A stretch of 64,000 nt of DNA from Podarcis muralis (lineage: Eukaryota), in the NCBI RefSeq assembly GCF_964188315.1, contig NC_135658.1:22940001-23004000 (forward strand), read 5' to 3'. Made by a program: the position numbers and the translations under genes. Every line of letters begins with the position of its first letter. Positions within the stretch are counted from its first letter, which is position 1. This document shows, piece by piece, positions 13,534-26,362 of this stretch. Under the pieces are notes generated by a model. It saw only the letters and a program-made list of their open reading frames with translations. It ran no database searches and was not told the DNA's origin.

Positions 13534-14012
13534 CTGAGGCTCCAATACTTTGGCCACCTCATGAGAAGAGAAGACTCCCTGGAAAAGACCCTGATGTTGG
13601 GAAAGATGGAGGGCACAAGGAGAAGGGGACAACAGAGGACGAGATGGTTGGATAGTGTCTTCGAAGCTACAAACATGAGTCTGACCAAACTGAGGGAGGC
13701 AGTGGAAGACAGAAGTGCCTGGCGTGCTCTGGTCCATGGGGTCACGAAGAGTCGGACACGACTAAACAACAACAGGAAGCCACGGAAACCCCGTCAGATG
13801 TTTGGGTTCCAAAGAACATTTGCAAACCAGAACACTCACTTCCAGGTTTGCAGCATTCAGGAGCCAAAACGTTCAAGTCGCAAGGCATTCAACAACCAAG
13901 TTGTTGTATTTCCTATGTCTTGGCAATTTGACCTTCCTATTAAAACTCCCCCTCCAATTTCTGTTTCTCTTTTTCTTAAGGGATTTCGCGCTCTCTCGCT
14001 CTCTCGCTCGCG

Positions 14013-14045
<33 letters not shown>

Positions 14046-14139
14046 GCACAGTCTCAGGTGTAAGATAGAAGGGAGAAATTGTAACACCTAGGGATGGAAA
14101 TACAAATTGTCATTTAACTTGAAATAAACACATAATTCC

Positions 14140-14570
14140 TTTTTTTAAAATAATGTTTATTGAAGTTTTAAAAGTTACAAAAAGAAAAAGTAAGCAAAAA
14201 CAAAACAACACATCACAATAAAAAAGAAAAAGAAAAAATACAAAAAAATACAAAAAGATAAATTCCATAAAAAAAACCACAGCAAATCTTCTCTTAATTT
14301 ATCTTTCATTTACTTGTTTCATTGACCTCCTCACACCTCCCTTTTTTGTATTCTAGTTCAGTTAACATTTCAGCAAATCCTTTCCATCTTTTCCAATTTT
14401 TGTCCTGTAATTTATCTTAATATAATGTAACTTTACTTTCCCTCCTTTCACCAATTAACAGTCTGTTTTTTCCTAAACCTTTATGACATTTCTGCTAAAA
14501 CCACATAACTTCATTCCAACATCCTTCTAACATTCATTAATTTTACAATGTTTCTGTAGATAGTCTTTAA
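14140..14570 (-). mobile_element. L1/Tx1 3' UTR fragment
   Basis: Similar to 3400-3850 (gacctcctcacacctcc...acattcattaattttaca). Confidence 0.7.
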
Positions 14571-14840
14571 AGAAATAAACACATACTTCCTATCAGCCCC
14601 AAATAGTTCAATAAAGTAAAATGATTTAGGGTGAAGACAGGTGTAACATTTAAATAGAATTGATAGGAGACTCCACTCAGCTACCTGCCATCATCACAAT
14701 TTATTTGGCAGATACTCATACTAGCAAGTAGAAAGAATGAATGAATGAATGAATGAATAATAAATTGTGATGGGATGATGAGCTGCTTGTGCGTAAAAGC
14801 GTAGTCCCTCAGAGTCTGTGCACGTTCACAAACCTCTGTC

Positions 14841-15173
14841 TGTGACGGAGCCCCTCAGACATGGCTGCTCTAGTCACTTGCAGATTCCGACAGTGGTTGC
14901 TTTCGGAATCGTTTCCAGCATAAAAGCTCCTTAACGGAAACACGTCTTCTGGACTCACGGCGTGACAGTTTCCGGCGAGGCATGGGTCTCCCTATGGGAG
15001 CTTCAGATACCTCCCCACTGTTCTCGCTGGAAGCGTCTCTGAGCCCTCCCTCCTGCTCGCATTCCCTCAGAGATCCACTCCTCCCCCGGCTGGTTCCTGC
15101 TTCAGCTGTTGAGTCTCTCCCAGCCTCCCTGAGCCCCTCCACCACCTGTTCCTCCGATGGCAGTTCCCTGACA
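14841..15173 (-). mobile_element. LTR-like element, same family as 9153-9587
   Basis: Shared terminus tgtcagggaactgccatcggag on the minus strand; no TSD found. Confidence 0.65.
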
Positions 15174-16440
15174 TAAATGAAGGAAAGTACTTCCGCTACA
15201 TTTGTCTTTCTTGCTCCAGCCTGCTCTTGTTTTTCACCTCAAGGGGTGTCCCCTCAGTGTATTCCTGTAAGTGTAATTCTGCGTACCTGTGTGCACTGTA
15301 GCTGAGGTGCACAAATCAATCAGTGTACACTCTTTCACACAAGCAATAGTATAAGTGTAGAGAAAGGATACACCTCTGCCCAGTGTAATGTGTGCATAAG
15401 CCTAAAGACTTGTGCCTAACTGAAGGTGGATGAGTTTTCCATACTTCTGTCTCTGCCTAATGCCTTAGGCTCTTAGCAGAGCCAATCACCTTCCCACCAG
15501 CTCTACAGGGATGAGGTACCCTGTAGCCAACCCATCCTTAAGCATCTTGGAACTTATGGTAGCAAACTCACAGCATTATTAATTCCACACCAGAGCACCA
15601 GTTTGAAAAACAGTTGGAAACTGTTCCTAAGAGATGAACCGGCCCTCTTTCCCATGGCTTTGCAGGGGACAGTGGGAAATACCGGTGAGCTTCTGAAGGC
15701 ACCAGTATTCTGCTGGTCTTACTAAAGTCTGGTGTTGGTGGGAGAGGGATAGACAACACAGAGGGAGTAGATATATTTCTTCTGCAGAGCTCTTTATAAT
15801 AGCCATTTTTTGCCAACAACAACAAAAAAAGTATTCAGCTTGGACTATGTGCCTCCAAGATCAGGAACACAGGAAATTGCCTTATTCTAAGTCAGGCCAT
15901 TGGTTATGTAGCTTAGTTCTGTCTGCACTAGAGCTACTCTCCAAAGTTTCAGACAGGGGACTTCCCAGCCCTACTAGGAAATGCTGGAGGATATACCTGG
16001 GACCTCCTGCAACATTGATCTACAAATTTTTACATGGAAAGGGCATAGGCTTGCAGCGCCCCTTAGGCCAACCTTCCCCACCCTGGTAAATTCCATATGC
16101 TCCGGACTGCAACTCCCATCATCCCCAGCCAGCAAACACGGTGCTGGTTCCAGCTGATGGGAATTGTAGTCCAGAACATCTAGAGATCACAAGGTCGGGG
16201 GATGCTGCCATAGATTTGCAACACTTCCAAAGGAATGCATCGTTAAATACCCTGAAATCTTTTGTGAAAAGCGGGGTACACTTTTCACAAAAAGTAGGGC
16301 CTAATACCACTAACAAGAATGCTTGACTGGATCTCCACTGGTTACTGGCTACTGATCAGGCCTCTGTAATTCTGGCCATGTTGCAACCCTTTTCTTCCCT
16401 TACCAAACTTCTTAGAGCAGAGCAAGGTAGTTCTACTTAC

Positions 16441-16530
16441 TGTCTCTCAGCTGCCAGGCAGAATGAAAGCGTCCTGAAGCCGAGTGAGGAAATATGAATG
16501 TGAGCAGGGGATTTATAGGGGGCGGGACAA
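16441..16530 (-). promoter_or_regulatory. Putative distal promoter (GC box and TATAAA) with non-coding first exon, probably of gene A
   Basis: Minus strand reads cccgcccccTATAAAtcccctgctcac...gcagctgagagaca|gtaagt. TATA at 16517-16512, donor at 16441/16440, no ATG in the exon. Confidence 0.55.
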
Positions 16531-17652
16531 TGAAGTGTAGGAACTCTCTGTCCTGAGCAACACCTCCTCTGAGCCATCACAAAGCAGAGCATTGGGCAGG
16601 CTATGAAATCTTCTTTGTCCTGCCCCTCCCCCCATTACCAGTGCCTTTAGGAAATGCCTCCACAACCAGAACCCATTTGCCTGTGAGAGTGGGGAGGGCT
16701 GTCAGAAGGGTGAAGACATCATGTCAGTGCCAAAGACCAGTACTGTGCACTGTGCTTTAGAACAGGATTCAGCAACTTGCTGCTCTATGATCCATTATCA
16801 AAAACAGGGAGTGATCTACCACCCAGGGATGGGTGAAGGGTGGGAAGGCAGGTACTGGCTGCTTCCCCCGAGGGGGGCAGGGATGGATGCTGGGTGGGTG
16901 GCAGGGGTGGGTGCAGGGTGGGCTGGCACCTAGCTGTCTCCCCCCCCCAAGCCAGCCCTTTCTTTCTCTCTCTCCCTCCCTCCCCCAGCAGCTCTCTCTC
17001 TCCCCCCCCCCCTCAAACCAGTTGGGCTGCGGAGCTGTCCTGTGCGAAACTTCTCCTACCCTGAAATATATTTGGAGTCCTGCAGTGATTTCGTGCTCTT
17101 TATTGCTGCTTGTAAAACAGTGATTGAATTCCCCCCCCCCAAAAAAAAAAAAAACAAAAAAAAAAAACACAACAACCTTGGGTCTTTATATACGTTATCT
17201 ACACAATGAGTCCCGTCTGATTGGCTGATTCTGCTTCCCTCCTGGAGCCTGATGGGTCTTCTCCTGCAGGCCAATCAGTTGTTGCATTCTAGGATCCTAC
17301 CTGCCTATTGTTCTAGGATCCAAGCTTAGTACATAACATACTCACACCCCCAAAACAGCGTGCGATCTCTCTTCCCCCTTGTCAACAGGAGCCAGGCAGC
17401 TGATGTGGATCCCAATAGCGCCTGCCCTCCCCCTTCCTCCTTCCCTCCCTGTCAAAGGGAGCCTTCCCACGTGGCTCCTCCTCATGCCTCCCTCTGTCTC
17501 CAGCAGACACCCCCTTCCCCATTGGGAAAACCCCGCTAAGCCCGCCTCCTGCGCCTGCACTTCTGCATCTGATGTTGCAGAGAAAGGCCCTGCGACTGAC
17601 CACAAACAACCCCACGGTTGACTGGGAGTCTCATGATTGACATGTTGTACAT

Positions 17653-18332
17653 ACATGATTGACATGTTGGAAATGTAAAGAGACAGAAGGTACCTTCTAT
17701 CACCTTTGGTGGACATGCCTGAAGATTAAGGCTTTCTGGGAAATGATCTATAATGAAATGAAAAAGGTACTTAAAAGTACTTTTCTTAAAAAACCAGAGG
17801 CCTTTCTCTTGGGCATTGTCGGCCAATTGGTGTCAAAGAGGGATAGAACTTTTTTTATGTATGCTACAACCGCAGCAAGAATACTTATCGCAAAGTATTG
17901 GAAGACACAAGATCTACCCACTCTGGAAGAATGGCAGACGAAAGTGATGGACTATATGACACTGGCCGAGATGACAGGCAGAATCCGTGACCAAGGAAAA
18001 GAGACGGTGGAAGAAGAATGGAGAAAATTTAAAAGTTATCTTAAGGATTATTATAAACTTGATGAATGTTAGAATGTTATGGTTTTTAGGAACAAAGGGA
18101 TACAGTGATATAAGGTCAGATTACAGAGATAACTAAGGACAGAGGTTGGAAAGTAACAATTGGGAGTTGCTATAAAACTATGGACATTGAGATGCAGAAA
18201 AGGGGGGGTACGGGGGAGTCTCAGAAAAGAGGTTTATGAAAAACATTATGAAATTATACGTGTTTGTATGTCTTTTTAAGTGTCTGTTTGTTCTTAAAAT
18301 TTTGTAAAACTAATAAAAATTAAAAAAAAAAA
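17653..18332 (+). mobile_element. 5'-truncated L1/Tx1-type LINE (ORF2 C-terminus and polyA)
   Basis: CWKCKETEGTFYHLWWTC motif; 15-bp TSD tgacatgttgtacat at 17638-17652 and 18333-18347. Confidence 0.9.
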
Positions 18333-18364
18333 TGACATGTTGTACATGCCTGGTTTAGAGGGTA

Positions 18365-18480
18365 GCATGAGACTCTTAATCTCAGGGTTGTGGGTTTGAA
18401 CCCTACATCATGCATTGCAGGGGATGGGACTAGATGACTCTGATAGTCCTTTCCAACTCTATTACTCTATGATTCTATTA
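18365..18480 (+). mobile_element. tRNA-derived SINE with CR1-like tail (relatives at about 38305-38432 and 51550-51660, minus strand)
   Basis: gcatgagactcttaatctcagggttgtgggtttgaacc...ggactagatga...ttccaactct...gattcta. Confidence 0.65.
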
Positions 18481-18659
18481 TTATTTTCACTATTCCTAAA
18501 TAACTTATGTGCACAAATTTGTTCAGGAAAGTTTTTTTAAACACATTATATTAAGGAAAATTGCTCTGCAGAGTTGCCTGTATTAGGCGACATGACATGC
18601 AAAAATTTACATGTGTATATTGGGAGGAAAATGTACTGAAATGCTGGTGAATTTTCTTG

Positions 18660-18660
18660 A

Positions 18661-18721
<61 letters not shown>

Positions 18722-18723
18722 AA
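18660..18723. repeat. (AAGA)n microsatellite
   Basis: Direct reading. Confidence 0.95.
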
Positions 18724-19046
18724 TGCAAATTGATACGGAAGTGTGAAGAATTAGCTTAAGACTGAAATAGTGAGAAACTGGTATGGACAGGTTCACCTTT
18801 CACTATCCATAGCTGAGCAGAGAGCAGAGGAACAACTATAGAGTTTCTATGACTTGCCCATCCCCAACACTGGTTTCCTTGAGTATGTGCCTCCAAAACC
18901 AATTAGCCTTAGAGTGTACTTTGGCACTCTACCCTTTCCCTTTTCATTCTTTTGTACGTAATGCAGTTGGTTACTTCCCTCTTGCTATCCATCCAGTGAC
19001 TTGATTGGCCTATGGATTTCTGGCACATGTGTCTGCAAGAAACATA

Positions 19047-19305
19047 CCATATTTTTCGCTCTATAAGACGCACCAGACCACAAGACGCACCTAGTTTTTG
19101 GAGGAGGAAAACAAGAAAAAGAATATTCTGAATCTCAGAAGCCAGAACAGCAAGAGGGATCGCTGCGCAGTGAAAGCAGCAATCCCTCTTGCTGTTCTGG
19201 CTTCTGGGATAGCTGCGCAGCCTGCATTCTCTCCATAAGACGCACACACATTTCCCCTTACTTTTTAGGAGGGAAAAAGTGAGTCTTATAGAGCAAAAAA
19301 TACGG
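19047..19305. mobile_element. Tc1/mariner-type MITE
   Basis: TIRs ccatatttttcgctctataagac / gtcttatagagcaaaaaatacgg flanked by TA. Confidence 0.8.
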
Positions 19306-20008
19306 TAAATAAGTATAGACTGTAATAATCAACAATGTGTTTAAGCAAGAATCACCCTTTGAATGAATTCATGGGTCTTGTGAAGGAAAAGCATACATTT
19401 CCCTTTTCTCATTTGCTTCCTTTGGAAGGAAAGAAGATAAGCCACTCAAAAGAAAGGTACACCTTGTTATTTAAGAAGGAACATCTTGTGATATATTTAA
19501 AATCCAAAACCAGAGCAGCCTTGTGCTACTTAATGAATGATAAATTACTGAGGTACTTGCAGTAAGGTACAGTACCTAGTATATCCCTGAGAAGAGAATC
19601 TCCTGTCCTTCATTTTGCCTGAATTTGGCTCTGAGCCTGTTGCAACCAGTGGAATGCAACCAGTCCCTTTGAGGAAGCATGAATGTATGTCTTTCTTTAT
19701 CCTATTGACAACATTCATATATTGTTCAATAGTTACCGGGAACAAATAATCACAGTTAGAAATCACAGCAGCAAACCATACCAAGCAGCCCTAAAGCACT
19801 GAAATAGCTTTAAAAAAGTAAAACACCTGGGAAAATGGAAAGGTCTTCACTTAATAGTATTGGGGCCACCCAAATAAGCTTAGCTGGGCAAGGCATTAAA
19901 TAACCAGGATGCCACTACCAAAAAGACTCTTTCCACCCATCACACCTTACTTGGTGGAGGCACCCAAAGAAGGAACCTTAAAGTGGATGTGTCAATAAAA
20001 AGATATTT

Positions 20009-20351
20009 AAGGTAAAGGTTCCCCTGACCATTAGGTCCAGTCATGACCGACTCTGGGGCTGCGGCACTCATCTCGCTTTATTGGCCGAGGGAGCCGGCGT
20101 ACAGCTTCCGGGTCATGTGGTCAGCATGACAAAGCCGCTTCTGGTGAAACCAGAGCAGCGCACGGAAACGCCGTTTACCTTCCCGCCAGAGCGGTACCTA
20201 TTTATCTACTTGCACTTTGACGTGCTTTCAAACTGCTAGGTTGGCAGGAGCAGGGACCGAGCAACGGGAGCTCACCCCATCGCGGGAATTCAAACCACCA
20301 ACCTTCTGATCAGTAAGTCCTAGGCTCTGTGGTTTAACCCACAGCACCACC
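20009..20351 (+). mobile_element. Sauria SINE
   Basis: aaggtaaaggttcccctgaccattagg...gtacctatttatctacttgcac...cacagcaccacc. Confidence 0.92.
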
Positions 20352-22201
20352 TTGTGCCAAAAGGACCACGTGTGGACAGCAAGCGAGCTTAGAACTCACA
20401 TGGTAAATCACAACCAACCAGGTTTCTAATTTACATAAGCTGCATTCTATGCAGTACCAAAGATTTATTTGTGTCGACCGCCCACCACCATCTGTAACAC
20501 TTCATGAAAAGATTGTGGGGTTTTTTGTTTTGGGGTTGTTGTTGTTGTTGTTTTTCTAAAATGTCTGTATGTCAAACAGAACTTGGAGCAACTGTGCTTG
20601 TGACAAACTTCTGTCCCTGCAACCAGCAACCGCAGTCATATTGTTTACCAGAGGGCGTTTTTCTCAACTTGTTGCTGGGAAGGCCAAACATTATGGCAAG
20701 TACCTTATTGGAGATCTTCCAGAAAACCTAAAGTTACAAAACCTTTAAAGATGATGAGAACCAATCTGCATTTCCAGATTTCAGGAGAATGGAAAGGATA
20801 GGAAGTTGGTAAGGGCACAATCCAAAATCCTTGTACCAACACATAGTCAACTACAGATTTCCTCTGCCTAAGCATATCCATCAACTGCCCAGGAAAAAAA
20901 ATGGGACATGCCTTTTTAAAGAGAGGACAGAGGCCAAAATGGCCGCCGCAATCTTGTGAGATTGTGGACTACACTTTTTTTCGGGCACAATGCCCAAATG
21001 CACATGTTTTGGGTTGCTGCACAAGATCGTTGCCCCACAAAAAATGCTTTGGGGGGGCAGTGATCTTGTGTGGTGCTCCAAAATGCATGTTTCAAGGCAT
21101 TCTGCCCTCAAAAGGCCTTTCGGAGGGCGATTTGGTGTGATCACACACAAGTGCAGACTCAGTACATGGTGTCCCAGATTTGGCTGTGTAGTGTTGGAAG
21201 GAAAGCCTAAGAATTGTTGGGATTAAAGTAACAATGCTTGCAACAAGTTACCTTGAGCCAGTATGGGGCGATAGAAAGGGAACCTATTATTCTCTCACTT
21301 GTTCCTTCTCTTTTAGTAGTTACTTGTTAGCAAAGTCGATCATTTCCACTTAAGCTTTATTTCCTTCCCATCCCATCTCCAGGTTCAGACAGTAACAGTA
21401 TGAACTAGCATGTTCCAGTGTTTAACATTTTGGCTCCATCTTGGCCACATGAAAAACTCTCACTTAGAACTGGATTGCTTGGCATGAACAAAAAAATCTT
21501 AACTTTTATTTATCCTTTCAACCAGTAGCCCTACCAGACAATTTCTTTCTGCACACTGCTGCAATATATTTACCAAACTCCAAGAAGAACACAGCATTAG
21601 ATGAGCACTGTCAATTATCAAGAAACTGGGCATAGCCTGATAAACCTGATATTCCATATGCCAGCAGATCCCAGATGATGAAGCAAATGTTGACATCTGA
21701 GCATTATAGAAGTGGTGATCAAAAATGATAACAATAAGAACATTGTCAAATATGCATGATGCACAGTTATGACCACTATGCACCATTAACCAATAGTCTC
21801 CCTAACAAAGGGCTTCTTGGGCAAGTTGCCATAGCAGCAACTGTAATAATCAGGCAAGATCAGCCATGTGTGGTGTTGGCCCCAATCACAGAAAAATATT
21901 CGCATGCATTAAGTATTGGCCATGAATGAGAATCTGCACTTTCATCCACACCTAAAGATGCATCCATTCAATTCAATGGAACTAGATGATCAAAAGGGAA
22001 AATCAGGTTCACTGTTGACAGGCCTAGACACAGAGAGATGCACCTTGCTGTCTATCTCTGTATTGGGGCAGGCAATTGTCTCCTGTTCAGAGGCTTCCAT
22101 TTGGACAATGAAACATTAACACTAAGGTCATCATTCCTCAATATAGGTACAATGGTGGACTATATATGTGTTGACTGGGTGATTTTAAAAATGTATACAG
22201 A

Positions 22202-22250
<49 letters not shown>

Positions 22251-22453
22251 CTGGAAGGAAGGAAGACCCAAGTTAAAAATAGCATGAACATCTGCCTTTG
22301 GTGCTCCCTCTTGCTTATGAAATATAAATGTTGCTGCTCAATCACACAGCTATTTGGGACAGTGGTCACTTCACCAGGAAGTACACTGATGTTCGCACAC
22401 AACTGGGAAGTCCTTTCTGCAGGCAGTTGTTGTGTTTCCCCCATAGTTTATTA

Positions 22454-22589
22454 CAGGCATAGGCAAACGTGGCCCTCCAGATGTTTTGAGACTACAATTC
22501 CCATCATCCCTGACCACTGGTCCTGTTAGCTAGGGATGATGGCAATTGTAGTCCCAAAACATCTGGAGGGCCACGTTTGCCTATGCCTG
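22454..22589. mobile_element. Palindromic hAT MITE
   Basis: caggcataggcaaac...gtttgcctatgcctg; 8-bp TSD gtttatta. Confidence 0.88.
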
Positions 22590-22917
22590 GTTTATTACCT
22601 TTGTGACTTGCACTTCTCCACACACCCCACCCCACCCCACATATTGGTTGAAAATACAGAATGTTGGTAGCAGGCTGGTTTCTTACTAAGCAAATTGACA
22701 GAACAGTGCCTCCAACACTATCAACACCTGCATAATAAGGGCACCCCTTATTTAATATTTTTCATTGCCTCTCATTGGGAAGTGATAGGTGCAGAGTTAA
22801 GTAATTTGGTTCAGAATAGACACACACCATTCTCAAGCTGATATTTAATTGTGGTTAACATCCATGACAACTGATAGTAGCAGAGAAACACTGTATGATA
22901 AGGAGACACCATAGTGT

Positions 22918-25900
22918 TCAGCGACAGCAGAAGAGCTCCACATCATTAAGTGCTGTGTCATCGCGCTCGCCTTGGTAACCCTGCACCTTTGTCTGGATCC
23001 CGCAGACAGAACCAGAATAGCAGCGACTGCTCCAAGAGCCAAATCTACCCCAGGCAAGTCCCTGGCCTGTCAGTGCAGTTCCGTCTTGGCAGGTGAACTG
23101 GACGTTGTTGGCTGCTGTATCATCGCCTTTGCCTTGGTGTTCTTCCACTCTCAGAGAGAAAGAGACCAGATTGCCTTGGGGACAGTATTTAATTTCTTTC
23201 CAGGATCCCCACCTGTCAAAGAAGATACTAATGTTAAGTAGAAATGCACAAGGATCCCTCTGCTTGCTCCAAATGGGATCAAGCACTTGTGAGCATTCCA
23301 AGAGGATGCTCCAAAAGCCTCAAAGGCCTTTCCATTGCTGCCTTCCAATGTCCACAATGTACCTGCCTCTGCCCCTCCTTCCTACCCCAACACTCTCCCC
23401 TCCCAGTGAAGGCAGTAGTCCATGGCCAGGAACCCAGAATTAGGTAGAGCTAGTAAGTCTACGAAACTGTTTGATATCATTTTGATGTTCCATTTACAAT
23501 AAATCTTGCTTGGTAGAATGATCTAGCAAAATTATATATTTACTGGAAAAGGAGAGAGATGACAGGGCACATAGATCAGTTCACTAGGGCTCGACTTCTT
23601 TTAAGTTAGAGAACTCTCCTGAAGCAAAACAACCAGTATATTTCAGAGGATGTAATGTGGGATATAGGATTATGATCCTCCATCCCTGCTGTCAAGAAGA
23701 AAACACCAACAACTAGGGTATCATATGCCTGGGCACAGGGGTAGGCTTTAGATAGTTTAAAATTGTTTTCAAATGTTTCGAATATGTTTTGTTTTAACAG
23801 TACTTTTAAAATAAAGTACTTTATTTTAATGTGGAGGAAATGTGGGCTAGTACTTTAATAATTAGTGGTCCTGTAAGGAAAAACAATAACTGACTTGGGC
23901 TGCAATCCTACAAACACTTTGTTGCTGTTTAGTCATTTAGTCGTGTCTGACTCTTTGTGACCCCCTGGACCAGAGCACGCCAGGCCCTCCTGTCTTCCAC
24001 TGCCTCCCGCAGTTTGGTCAGACTCATGTTTGTAGCTTCGAGAACACTGTCCAACCATCTTGTCCTCTTGTCGTCCCCTTCTCCTTGTGCCCTCCATCTT
24101 TCCCAACATCAGGGTCTTTTCCAGGGAGTCTTTTCTTCTCATGAGGTGGCCAAAGTATTGGAGCCTCCGCTTCACGATCTGTCCTTCCAGTGACAAACAC
24201 TTTACCTAGAAGTAAGTCTCACTGAACTCAATGCAACCCCCAAACAAATAACTTCACTTAGTCCTTCCAGTTATTTAATCCCTGACAGTAATATGGTGTT
24301 TTCTAAGAACATCCTGGTTCTCTTGAATAGAATTGGAGTCTGTCTCTATTCGTTTGTTGGCTTCCATGAGGCAGAGCCAGGTCCAGATTTGGCCTTGAGT
24401 AAGATCCCCTTAATACAGAGCTTTCCAAACTTTTCATGAAGGAGTGTGGGGAGAGTTCACGCGACACACCTACACACTGCAGCTGACACACAACTGTGTT
24501 GTGACACACAGTTTGGAAAGCTCTGCCTTAATGTTTCCCTCCTTAAGTGTCATCACTGCCCCTTCATTTGCCTTCTTCTCTGAGTCCAACACATATGGCA
24601 AAAGAGGAGGGCAGGAAGAACAGAATCTGCTCATCCTCCTTCCTCCTTGCACTACTCACTTGCTCAGAGAGGTTAAGTGAACATGCAAGGAGGAGCAGCA
24701 GCTAAGCAAGGAAGAGCCAGAGGTTGGTACAGGGTCCCCTACTGGAGTACAGGCCTCAGCAAGTGTCCAACAGTGCCAGCCCCTCAAGCTGGATTTGCCA
24801 TGAATTCTGTGGTCTTGCAAAGTAGTGTTCGAAAGCAGGAAAATGCTAGAGTTGATACCACTTGAGAGTTTTGAACAGGCAGTATGAATCCTGATGTTCA
24901 CCTTTTGGTGGTGCTGATTTAACCCAGCATAAGTAATTTCCTGTCAGCCCCTCCCATCTTCCAAACAATTACACCAAAGAATAAATGAAAGCAAGAAAGC
25001 TACTTACGGTCCAACTGAAGACTCAATTATTGATCCATCAGTGCAGTGGAGACGGACTCCATTCAGGGCTGTATCATCCCCAATGCCTTGAACTGGCTCT
25101 ACCTATTGGGAAAAATATGCCAGGCTAGCTTCCTCATGAGGTGATTATCTGGGTGATGGCCCATTCAGAGAACAAAGGAAAAGGGGCTCTGTGCCAGACA
25201 CCAAATGGGTGGGACCCATCCTTCAACTCTTAGATAGTTAGAAAGACAAGCCTGGGTTTTAGAGCAGAGTTTTTGGTGGTGTGAGGTAGAAGAACAGCAG
25301 CAAGCAGAGGGCTAGAGAATAATGTTTGATTTCTGTTTGTATCCAAGGCTGTGGCTATGAGAGAGAGAACCTACCTTTTGTAGGTAATGCTGTAAACCTC
25401 TCCATTGTAGGCTCAGGTTGTATACATGTGCAAATTAAACCATAGATCATAAAGACAACACAGTCTCCACTGTGCCTTATTCTAAAAGGAAACCTGAACC
25501 CTGGGTAAGCACTTGGAACTCCTGGAATCTCGCACCACTTGGAAATTGGGCTGGTATGCGACAGTGGTGTCAGAAGGTGAGATTTGTGTTTCCTGGAGGT
25601 GGACCTGTGAGGAAGGTGTGCCCATGCCAAAATGAAGGGGAGGAACAGCAACTTCCCTGGAGTAGGTCAGGTAGATGCTCCAGCAGCAGTTAGTGCAGCA
25701 GTGAGACCAGCTACCTGAGGAGCTGATGATGACTGATTTCTCTACCCCTTGGGAGCCTGTTGTGGAAAATGGGGTGCAGGAGAAAAGTGCCTCAGTGGAG
25801 GACAAACTGCAGGATGGAGATGAAGAGTGGCTGCTAATAGATCTCTTTACTCCATGTGTGCCAGCGGAGCAGGAGGAGCAGCCTCACTCTAAAGAAAACA

Positions 25901-26322
25901 TGAACCCCAGCTAAATGCCCGGAAACTCTGGAATCTTGCACCACTCAGAGACTGGGGTGGCATTCAATAATATCATGGAGTCCCATTCTAACCACATAGC
26001 ACAGAAAGGAAACAATCTTACCATTGAGAAAAAGCTCTTATTCCCTGCACAGATCACTGGGGGTGGGGGAAATAGGGATGGTATTCAACTAAGCTTTACA
26101 CAGATTTGTCCCATTAATGAACACTACTAAAGTCTATTAATTGCATCAGGCTTCTCTTGAGTAAAGCTGAGCTGAATACAGTACCTCCAAAAGATATTGC
26201 CTTGTGAGACAGTTGGAAGGGCTTCATTGACCATACCTGGCCCAAAGGTCACTGGCCCCAGTCGCCAACAGGATGCAACCACTTACATACAACCTGTGGC
26301 ATTGAGGGGGACTTGCACCCCT

Positions 26323-26362
<40 letters not shown>

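Larger units (their letters stand above)
7997..13772 (+). mobile_element. Near-full-length RTE-BovB LINE (APE endonuclease and RT), with two nested insertions
   Basis: IGTWNVRT, IIGDWNAK, DHQLLIAKF, FIDYAKAFD and LRYADDTTL motifs. ORF pieces at 8106, 8763, 9686, 9968 and 10766 share one frame once the LTR insertion is removed. At least five in-frame stops. (caa)n tail at about 13772. Confidence 0.95.

Noticed and set aside
15568-15825. 85-aa ORF as a possible coding exon for the 16441 donor
   Set aside because: No polypyrimidine tract and no family resemblance; colinearity favours gene A as the splice target.
18546-18796. FFLS-repeat ORFs (also the GRKE/PSFL repeats at 39179-39503)
   Set aside because: Translations of microsatellites.
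22972-23241. Antisense ORFs over VMO1 exon 3 copies (also 29150, 36170, 45077, 49795)
   Set aside because: Shadow frames of the real exons with no independent start, splice or homology support.
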